Shown here piece by piece: positions 29,264-36,860 of a stretch of 37,808 nucleotides of DNA (its first letter is position 1; each line of letters begins with the position of its first letter). A model generated the notes under the pieces. That model saw only the letters and a program-made list of their open reading frames with translations. It did not search any database and was not told the origin of the DNA. The translations under genes were made by a program, and so were the position numbers. This DNA comes from Clostridiaceae bacterium (GTDB taxonomy: Bacteria > Bacillota > Clostridia > CAYPLH01 > DUMO01): positions 1 through 37,808 of the forward strand of contig DUMO01000086.1 in NCBI GenBank assembly GCA_012839865.1, written 5' to 3'.

Positions 29264-29902
29264 TCAACCCGCCAGGCAGATGTTCAGAGCACACTCGGCT
29301 GCTGATGCGGCATCCGGAGAATAACAATCAGCGCCAATTTTTTTGCAGAAGCTGTCTGTTACCGGAGCTCCGCCAACCATAATCTTTACTTTATCCCGTA
29401 TGCCTGACTTTTCAGCAGTTTTTACTACATTTTCCATTTCTCCCATAGTTGTAGTCAACAGGGCTGAGCAGGCAATGATTTGCGCATTGTGTTCCATTGC
29501 TGCGCTTATAAATTTTTCGGAAGGCACATCCACGCCAAGGTCAATAACTTCCAGTCCTTTTCCTTCCATCATCATTTTAACAAGATTCTTGCCTATATCG
29601 TGAAGGTCGCCTCTTACAGTCCCGATTATAACCTTACCCTTTGCCTTGACACCGCTGGCAACAAGATATGGCTTCAGAACTTCCACTCCTGTATTCATTG
29701 CCCTGGCGGCAATCAATACTTCAGGGACATACACTTCGTTATTTTTGAACTTCTCTCCTATTATATTCATACCGTACAAAAGACCGTTTTCAAGGATTTC
29801 TTTTGGATCAACACCTTCATCCAGAGCTTTCTGCACCAGCTCTTTTACGTTTTTTGCCCTTCCTTGCTGCAGGTTTTGAGATATTTCTTTAAATATACTC
29901 AT
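29264..29902 (-). CDS. Methyltransferase cognate corrinoid protein (MtaC/MtbC/MttC-like)
   Basis: N-terminal cap FKNNEVYVPEVLIAARAM; B12-binding GDLHDIGKN (DxHxxG), SALLTTT, VGGAPV. Confidence 0.93.
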   Translation of the reverse strand: MSIFKEISQNLQQGRAKNVKELVQKALDEGVDPKEILENGLLYGMNIIGEKFKNNEVYVPEVLIAARAMNTGVEVLKPYLVASGVKAKGKVIIGTVRGDLHDIGKNLVKMMMEGKGLEVIDLGVDVPSEKFISAAMEHNAQIIACSALLTTTMGEMENVVKTAEKSGIRDKVKIMVGGAPVTDSFCKKIGADCYSPDAASAAECALNICLAG

Positions 29903-30185
29903 ATCAACACCCCTTGCTAAAATGATTATTCTCCAAAAAGCAAAACATCCGGCTTAACAACATATATGCCATGCCCTGACCCTCCAGCTGCTTGTAAAGC
30001 CAGGTATAATGCTTTTCAGATGGCAGTAATATTTTTGTTTATGTTTATCATACTATGGATACTACAAAAAATATTGAAAAATCGCAACATTTTTTGTATT
30101 TTTTTAAGCTGTTCGGAAAAATGATTGAATGTTCAGAAGATCTTGCAATTTTTCAAAACAATCATTTTTTAATACTGCAGAACAT

Positions 30186-30456
30186 CCTGAAATGGATGGA
30201 ATGCAAGCAGAGCAATAACAAGGCTCTTATTTTGATAAAACCGACGGTTCGCTGAAGGCAAAAATGCTACCGCTTTTTACTCGCCCTCCGTGGCTCGAAA
30301 AAGCTAAAAAAACATCCTGTTTTTTACACGCATTTTTGCCTTCATCTCACCTGGTTTTCTAACAAAATAAAGCCATCTGTTATTGCTCTGCTTACATTCC
30401 ATCACAACAGTGAATTGTACAAATCATTGCTCTGCTTACATTTCATCCATTTCAGG
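30186..30456. mobile_element. MITE/REP-like structured element, copy B (core 30214-30384)
   Basis: Inverted copy of 10821-10991; outer arm 30186-30216 matches the reverse complement of 30426-30456 at 29/31; partial extra arm at 30382-30403. Confidence 0.7.
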
Positions 30457-30545
30457 CTGCACTGTTGAATTAGAGCTTGCTTTCTATGAAATAATATCTT
30501 TGAGCAGAATGAATTAATTTAATCCGGCACCGGGATGCAATTAAA

Positions 30546-30575
30546 TCACCCATACCGGTGGAAAGGCATAATCTA
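30546..30575 (+). promoter_or_regulatory. sigmaK-type sporulation promoter
   Basis: TCACC-16 nt-CATAATCTA matches the sigmaK consensus (AC-N16/17-CATAnnnTA). Confidence 0.55.
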
Positions 30576-30608
30576 TTATTGCAAGTAGAATATTTTGGAG
30601 GTATTTAT

Positions 30609-31715
30609 ATGGTTCAGGGAAAGGTTAAGCGATTATTCCCCGGTGGCAATACAGCCAGAGGGTTTTTCAGTTATTATGATTACATATTGAGCCAGGAGGA
30701 AGCTGACAGGATTATAGTGATAAAAGGCGGCCCCGGAGTCGGCAAATCCACATTAATGAAAAAGGTTGCCGCAGAAATGATTAAAAAGGGCCTGGATGTT
30801 GAACTCATGCACTGTTCCAGTGATCCTGCCAGTCTTGACGGGGTTGTTATTCATAAAGCGGGTACTGCAATAATTGATGGTACCAAACCACATATAGTGG
30901 ATCCCAAAAATCCGGGGGCGGTTGACGAAATCTTGAATCTTGGAGAATTTTGGGACCATGAGGGTGTCAGGAGCAACCGCATAAAAATTTTAAAATGCAA
31001 TAATGAAATTGCCCGTTTTTTTGAAAGAGCCTACAGGTATATCAGAGCTGCTTACGAGATTTACAAAGATTCTGAAGAAATTTATTCACACGCAATGGAC
31101 CATCAAAAAGTAAATAAAATTGCAAACAATATTATGGATAATCTGTTTGCTGACGACAAACCAGGAGACATTCGGGGAAAATGGAGGAAAATGTTCGCAT
31201 CGGCCATAACACCCCAGGGGCTTGTAAATTACCTGCAAACAGTGCTGACCACATCTAAAATTTATAAAATAAAAGGTTTGCAGGGCACCGGAACTGAAAA
31301 ACTGCTGAACAAAATAGCAGCAGCGGCGGTAGAATGCGGTTGCGATGTGGAGTGCTATTATTGCGCCCTGAATCCCGAAAAGCTTGAACATGTTGTTATA
31401 CCGCAAAAGGATGTTTCCTTTACCACTGCCAACTGTTATCATAACGCTGATATAGAAACTTTCGAAGAAATCAACCTGAATGAGTTTATTGACCTTTCAA
31501 TGCTGGATGTCAATGAATCGGATATCGAGTTTAACAATGACCAATTTGACCATTTGCTTGGCAGGGCAATAGAGACAATAAAGAAAGCAAAGGAAAAGCA
31601 TGATGAGCTGGAGCAGTACTATGTACCCAACATGAAATTTGATGAAATTCATAAAAAGACTGATGAGATTATAAAGAAAATATTAAAGTGTGTTGAGCCT
31701 TCCTTTGAAATTTAA
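30609..31715 (+). CDS. P-loop ATPase of unknown function (PRK06851-like family)
   Basis: FPGGNTARGFFSYY, Walker A GGPGVGKS, HCSSDP.SLDG, IDGTKPH..DP, degenerate second loop GLQGTGTE; ATG 30609 after GGAGG. Confidence 0.8.
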   Translation: MVQGKVKRLFPGGNTARGFFSYYDYILSQEEADRIIVIKGGPGVGKSTLMKKVAAEMIKKGLDVELMHCSSDPASLDGVVIHKAGTAIIDGTKPHIVDPKNPGAVDEILNLGEFWDHEGVRSNRIKILKCNNEIARFFERAYRYIRAAYEIYKDSEEIYSHAMDHQKVNKIANNIMDNLFADDKPGDIRGKWRKMFASAITPQGLVNYLQTVLTTSKIYKIKGLQGTGTEKLLNKIAAAAVECGCDVECYYCALNPEKLEHVVIPQKDVSFTTANCYHNADIETFEEINLNEFIDLSMLDVNESDIEFNNDQFDHLLGRAIETIKKAKEKHDELEQYYVPNMKFDEIHKKTDEIIKKILKCVEPSFEI

Positions 31716-31738
31716 TGAAATGTGATGCTTCAAGTCAA

Positions 31739-31756
31739 GTGGAGCAAAGGCTCCAC
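31739..31756. terminator. Hairpin between convergent genes
   Basis: GTGGAGC-aaag-GCTCCAC. Confidence 0.5.
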
Positions 31757-31867
31757 CTGACATCTAATAGAATATTTGACTTCTCCATAAATATATATTT
31801 TACAATTGTTTTGAAATTTCCATTAGCCCGGGAGATTACAAAAATTCAGCGCTCAACCCTTTTTTGA

Positions 31868-33133
31868 CTAAATTTGTTTTGCATTTTTCAATAAATATTT
31901 CTCAGCTTCCGTACACCAGAGGCCATTGTTGCTCTCTAATATGGAGGCAAGTTCGTGAAACATTTTATTGGTTTTGCCTTTTTCTTTCAGCTCGTTTAAC
32001 GGGGTTAAATCCAGTTCTATGTTTGTATATATTAGTTTTTTACCACCAGGTATATTGGGCAGATTCAAAGTTGTCTCAATAGCACTGTTAAGTCCGCCTA
32101 TGTGTGTTATCATAGAAGACGGATCGATTTGACCTCTCTCCATTAATTGCAGTGACTCAAGCATATCATTGGTATTGCTGCCGCTTGTACCTACTATATG
32201 TGTTGAGTTGTAGTGTACGTTATAGAAATTTAAATTTGCATTAAATTTTGTATTTGTAGGTCCGGCAAAAAAGTTAAGGCATCCGTCTTTTCCCAGTATG
32301 GCATCTGCCTGCTCAACCACCGGTTTAACCGCAGCAAATACAAATACGTCATCATATCCTTTTCCGTCTGTCAATGAAAGCAGATATGCCGTAGGATCCT
32401 CAATAGCGGCCGTATTAACATATATCAGGTTTACGCCGTTCTTTTTTGCTTTTTCCGGGGTATATATTGAAGCAGCCCGGTCAAGTCTTGATTGGTCAAT
32501 GTCAGTTACTATCAACAGGTTTGGTTTTCTGTCGCAATGAATTGCATAATCTATTGCACCAATCCCCATAGGACCTGCTCCGGCTAAAATTGCCATATTG
32601 CCGCCTTCCTTAATGCCCATGCTGTGCACATAGCTGCCGGCAGTTGTATGATAATTTGAGTGGAAGGCTGCTATTATGCATGATGTAGGTTCAGCCAGGG
32701 ATCCGTGGTAATAAGAAACTCCTTCATAATTTAACAGACAGTTCTGTTCCATAACAACGTTTGGTATTATTATGTATGTTGCACAACCTCCGATATATTG
32801 AAAAGAATAGCCCAGAGATGCATAAGGATTGCTCTTTTCGTTTAAGGCCGGTTGTATGGCGAACTTGCTTCCTTCTTTATATTTATCTCTCCATTTCTTT
32901 CCGACTTGGAGTATTTCTCCACAAAATTCATGGCCTACTATGATTGGTTTTCTGTCAATATCATGAGGAACCCTCTTGTGGTTGGGACCCTGTATTGCAG
33001 CTTTGTAAGTTGACATGCAGATGCTGTCAGATACGACTTTTGCCAAGATTTCATCATCTTTTAAAGGTGGAAGCTCAAATTCTTCCAGCCTTAAATCCAG
33101 AACTCCATATAATCTTACTGCTTTTGTCTTCAA
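31868..33133 (-). CDS. Zinc-binding medium-chain dehydrogenase, L-sorbose-1-phosphate reductase (SorE)-like
   Basis: TTG start MKTKAVRLYG, DSICMS (Cys ligand), GHEFCG, LAEPTSC, GAGPMG nucleotide loop; no 4-Cys structural Zn cluster. Confidence 0.8.
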   Translation of the reverse strand: MKTKAVRLYGVLDLRLEEFELPPLKDDEILAKVVSDSICMSTYKAAIQGPNHKRVPHDIDRKPIIVGHEFCGEILQVGKKWRDKYKEGSKFAIQPALNEKSNPYASLGYSFQYIGGCATYIIIPNVVMEQNCLLNYEGVSYYHGSLAEPTSCIIAAFHSNYHTTAGSYVHSMGIKEGGNMAILAGAGPMGIGAIDYAIHCDRKPNLLIVTDIDQSRLDRAASIYTPEKAKKNGVNLIYVNTAAIEDPTAYLLSLTDGKGYDDVFVFAAVKPVVEQADAILGKDGCLNFFAGPTNTKFNANLNFYNVHYNSTHIVGTSGSNTNDMLESLQLMERGQIDPSSMITHIGGLNSAIETTLNLPNIPGGKKLIYTNIELDLTPLNELKEKGKTNKMFHELASILESNNGLWCTEAEKYLLKNAKQI

Positions 33134-33296
33134 TATAATCTCCCACCTTTACTTTATAATTTACCCTTTTGTTAAAAAATAATTATTATAATCTATTATA
33201 CGGTAATTTGCCAAAATAAAATATTGCCTTCGAGCTAGTGCTTTGCATATGAAATTATATAACATACATTTTGTCTGTTATTAAAATTAACAATTA

Positions 33297-33332
33297 TGTG
33301 TTATATTATAACACAATATTATTGAAATGCAA
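33297..33332 (-). promoter_or_regulatory. Promoter of the SorE-like gene with overlapping palindromic operator
   Basis: TTGCAT-16 nt-TATAAT with TG extension; TGTGTTATA-t-TATAACACA perfect inverted repeat at 33297-33315 covers the -10. Confidence 0.6.
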
Positions 33333-33497
33333 TATATTTAATTTCCGAGCGATTTGGCTGAAATTCATCCTGAACAATGTAAAGGTTATACCCGCTTATC
33401 CGTTAAATAAGCAGTAATTCAGCACGTTCAATTAATCTGGCTTTCAAGTATTTGCACAAAAAAATAAAAAAAGAGTAAGCTTATTTCGATTTTAGTA

Positions 33498-33534
33498 TTG
33501 ACAATCCGTGTTAAACGATGATAACATATAACAT
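33498..33534 (+). promoter_or_regulatory. Promoter of the E2-E3-E1 operon
   Basis: TTGACA-18 nt-TAACAT with TG extension; tandem TAACAT at 33522 and 33529. Confidence 0.5.
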
Positions 33535-33708
33535 GGATATGAAATAAATTAACATAAACTTATATTTTTATACAAATGATTATCTCCCGAAAACTAATTG
33601 GCTATAAGGGGAACAGACATGAAAAATATTAACGGCAGAAGTAAATAACAGAAAGCAATTTGTTATGAAGATGCAATCATAGATTAAGAGCCAAAGGAGA
33701 GATTTTAA

Positions 33709-35106
33709 ATGGCAACACCGGTAATTATGCCCCGCCAGGGACAATCAGTTGAAAGCTGTATTATATCCAAATGGCATGAAAAAATAGGGGATGTTGTTAA
33801 GACAGGAGACCTGTTGTTTTCATATGAAACCGATAAAGCAGCCTTTGATGAAGAAGCACAGGTAGACGGCATACTACTGGATATATTTTTTAAAGAGGAT
33901 GATGATGTTCCTGTCCTGACTAATGTTTGTGTTATAGGAGAAGCCGGGGAGGACACAAAACAGTATAATCCGCATTTAAATAATGAAAATAAAGAGAAAG
34001 ACACAGGAAAGCAAGAGGAGGCATTAAATTCTTCCGAAAACACCGGGGAGGCTAAGCTTGAGGAAAAAACTGAAATTCCTTCAACAGGTCCGGAAAATGA
34101 ATCCCAGAGGATAAAAATTTCTCCACGGGCAAGGAATTATGCCGAAAAATCCTTTGTTGACTACAGGCTTGCAGTGCCTTCAGGTCCTGACGGAAGAATA
34201 ATCGAAAGAGATGTTGTTGCTCTTAGGGAAAAAGGACCTGTAATAACTCCGGCTGCATGGGATGAGTATAAAAACTCCGGCTCTTTTGATTATAGGGGTA
34301 CAGGAATGGGCGGAAGAATTACTCTTGGTGACATGGAAAGAAAACCTGCTTCCCGGGAACCTGATATACATAAAGAAGAGGCAAAACCTGAAGCTGCTGC
34401 AGCTAATAATCTTGAATTCGAGGAAGTCAAGCTTTCAGGAATCAGAAGGGTAATAGCAAAGGCTATGCATGATTCTTTATCAAACACAGCCCAGCTTACC
34501 TTGAATACTTCCTTTGATGCTTCGGCAATTCTTGAATACAGGAGCCAGTTAAAGAAGCTTAAGGATTCTCTTGGAATAGAAAATATTACGCTGAATGATA
34601 TTATCGTTTTTGCTGTTTCAAGGACATTGGTAAAGCATAAGTATTTAAACGCGCACTACAAGGAAGATAAGTTGTTGTTGTTCACCAATGTGCACCTTGG
34701 AGTAGCGGTTGACACTGAAAGGGGATTAATGGTACCGACTGTATATGACGCAAATCTTAAGTCATTGAATAATATATCCTCTGAAATTAAGCTTTTGGTT
34801 GAGAAATGCAAGCAAGGTACCATTAACCCCGACCTTTTAAAGGGAGGAACATTTACCGTCACAAATCTGGGATCCCTTGGAATAGAATCTTTCACTCCTA
34901 TTTTAAATCCACCTCAAACCGGAATACTTGGTGTAAACACCATTACATACAAGACAAGGGAGATTGACGGTTCATTTAAGTACTATCCTTCCATGGGGTT
35001 GTCTCTGACCTTTGACCACAGAGCCCTGGATGGAGCTGTAGCTGCAAGGTTTTTGCAGGACTTGAAGAGCAATCTGGAGAATTTTACGGTTTTGCTTGCA
35101 AAGTAA
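33709..35106 (+). CDS. Dihydrolipoamide acyltransferase (E2) of a 2-oxoacid/acyloin dehydrogenase complex
   Basis: One lipoyl domain (ETDKA), subunit-binding region, GGTFTVTNLG, PILNPPQ, catalytic DHRALDG. Confidence 0.93.
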   Translation: MATPVIMPRQGQSVESCIISKWHEKIGDVVKTGDLLFSYETDKAAFDEEAQVDGILLDIFFKEDDDVPVLTNVCVIGEAGEDTKQYNPHLNNENKEKDTGKQEEALNSSENTGEAKLEEKTEIPSTGPENESQRIKISPRARNYAEKSFVDYRLAVPSGPDGRIIERDVVALREKGPVITPAAWDEYKNSGSFDYRGTGMGGRITLGDMERKPASREPDIHKEEAKPEAAAANNLEFEEVKLSGIRRVIAKAMHDSLSNTAQLTLNTSFDASAILEYRSQLKKLKDSLGIENITLNDIIVFAVSRTLVKHKYLNAHYKEDKLLLFTNVHLGVAVDTERGLMVPTVYDANLKSLNNISSEIKLLVEKCKQGTINPDLLKGGTFTVTNLGSLGIESFTPILNPPQTGILGVNTITYKTREIDGSFKYYPSMGLSLTFDHRALDGAVAARFLQDLKSNLENFTVLLAK

Positions 35107-35215
35107 ACTTATGGTAACATGACAATATACAGGTAAGATAAAACCACTACTCAAAAAGTAGATCAGGCAATTTTGAATGAGACATTTACGAAATAATCAA
35201 TCCTGAAAATATATA

Positions 35216-35232
35216 TTGTATATGTTATACAA
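35216..35232. promoter_or_regulatory. Palindromic operator-like site upstream of E3
   Basis: TTGTATA-tgt-TATACAA perfect 7-bp inverted repeat. Confidence 0.45.
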
Positions 35233-35304
35233 CCGGAATACTTTTTGGGTGGCAATCATGAATTTGTGGCACCGTCTTTTTTAAGCGGTGGGATGGAGGT
35301 TTTT

Positions 35305-36669
35305 ATGAAATACGATTTGATTATAATAGGCGGAGGCCCGGCAGGGTATTTGGCTGCTGAAAGGGCAGGCAGTGCAGGACTTAATGTATTGTTGTTTGAA
35401 AAAAGCCATCTTGGAGGAGTTTGCTTGAATGAAGGGTGCATACCTTCAAAAACACTGCTTCATTCTGCAAAAATATTGGATTATTCAAAGTTTGGCGAAA
35501 AATATGGGGTGGTGAACGAAAACACGGTTTTTAGCCACGAGACAGTAATAAAAAGAAAAAACAAAGTGGTGAAAACCCTTACCGCAGGTATAAATGCACA
35601 ACTTAAAAAAAGCAAGGTGCAGGTTGTTGAAGATACTGCAAGGATAATGGGCAAAGACAGAGATGGATTCATTATTGGCGCCGGAAGCGACACTTACACG
35701 GCAGACAGGTTATTGATTGCGACCGGTTCGGTTCCTGTTGTTCCACCCATACCAGGACTTTCGGAGGGACTCTCAAAGGGTTTTGTTCTTACCAATAAAG
35801 AAATTCTTGACATAGAAAACATTCCGGAATCTCTAGTAATAATCGGAGGCGGAGTTATAGGACTTGAAATGGCTTCCTATTTCAATTCGGGAGGCAGCAA
35901 AGTTACGGTTATAGAAATGCTGGATCATATTGCAGGAAATACCGATAGGGAAATTTCTGAAATACTGCTGAAGAATTATACAAAAAAAGGTGTTGATTTT
36001 AAACTTGGCTGCAAGGTTACAGAAATTGGAGACGGTCTGGTTTACTGTGAAAAAGACGGTCAAAAAGCTGCGGTGGAAGCCAAAAAGGTGCTCCTCAGCA
36101 TTGGGAGAAAGCCTTCAACTGCGGGTCTGGGACTTGAAAACATTGGCGTGGAACTTAACCGGGGATGCATCGTGATTGATGACTGCTGCAGGACAAATAT
36201 TCCGGGAGTATATGCAGCAGGAGATGCAACAGGGAAACTGATGCTTGCCCATGTGGCTTACAGACATGCAGAGGTTTGTGTAAACAACATTTTAGGTAAA
36301 AAAGACCATGTCAGGTACAATGCAATACCTTCAGTGATTTATACAAATCCTGAAGTGGCATGCGTGGGTGAAACCGAAGAAAGCGCTAAAAACAAAGGGA
36401 TAGAATATCTAAAGGCAACTGTACCCCTCAGGTTCAGTGGAAGGTATCTTGCGGAAAATGAGGGCGGAGACGGTATTTGCAAAGTACTGGTGAACAGCAC
36501 ACATCGGAACATTATTGGAGTTCACATGATTGGCAACTATTCATCCGAGATTATTTATGGAGCAGGGTTGATGATTGAAGCCGAGCTTAGGATTGACGAA
36601 TTAAAGGAACTGGTATTCCCGCATCCTACGGTATGTGAAGTAATACGTGAAGCATTATTCATGATGTAA
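35305..36669 (+). CDS. lpdA: Dihydrolipoyl dehydrogenase (E3)
   Basis: GGGPAGY, GGVCLNEGCIPSK redox disulfide, GGGVIGLE, AGD, HPTVCE; ATG 35305 after GGAGG. Confidence 0.95.
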   Translation: MKYDLIIIGGGPAGYLAAERAGSAGLNVLLFEKSHLGGVCLNEGCIPSKTLLHSAKILDYSKFGEKYGVVNENTVFSHETVIKRKNKVVKTLTAGINAQLKKSKVQVVEDTARIMGKDRDGFIIGAGSDTYTADRLLIATGSVPVVPPIPGLSEGLSKGFVLTNKEILDIENIPESLVIIGGGVIGLEMASYFNSGGSKVTVIEMLDHIAGNTDREISEILLKNYTKKGVDFKLGCKVTEIGDGLVYCEKDGQKAAVEAKKVLLSIGRKPSTAGLGLENIGVELNRGCIVIDDCCRTNIPGVYAAGDATGKLMLAHVAYRHAEVCVNNILGKKDHVRYNAIPSVIYTNPEVACVGETEESAKNKGIEYLKATVPLRFSGRYLAENEGGDGICKVLVNSTHRNIIGVHMIGNYSSEIIYGAGLMIEAELRIDELKELVFPHPTVCEVIREALFMM

Positions 36670-36720
36670 ATTGAGATATAAGTTTCTTATACAAAAGTTG
36701 TTACCCGAAACAAAGCTAAA

Positions 36721-36785
36721 TTAACTTGGCATAAAATATAACTGCGCCAAACCTCCCTGTAACTTCATATTTTATGTCAAGTTAA
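36721..36785. other. 19-bp stem, 27-nt loop hairpin between E3 and E1
   Basis: TTAACTTGGCATAAAATAT (36721-36739) pairs with ATATTTTATGTCAAGTTAA (36767-36785), one G-U. Confidence 0.75.
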
Positions 36786-36860
36786 CTTTCATGCTGTCAA
36801 TGTTAATCATTTGATGAGTTGGTCGGAATATAAACATGCAATACAAGGAGTGTGAAAAGA

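Noticed and set aside
29926..29961. Minus-strand frame encoding VVKPDVLLFGE, similar to the sirtuin KPDVVLFGE motif
   Set aside because: Frame is under 30 codons with no start and no other sirtuin motifs nearby; probably chance
29903..30060. Cobalamin, SAM or THF riboswitch upstream of the corrinoid gene
   Set aside because: Conserved cores (e.g. B12 box GGGAA..GCCACTG..AGYCAG) not found by eye; an Rfam scan would settle it
30382..30456. Two 22-bp direct repeats with a 22-nt spacer resembling a mini-CRISPR
   Set aside because: Only two units, no cas genes, and the repeats are the terminal arms of the larger inverted element
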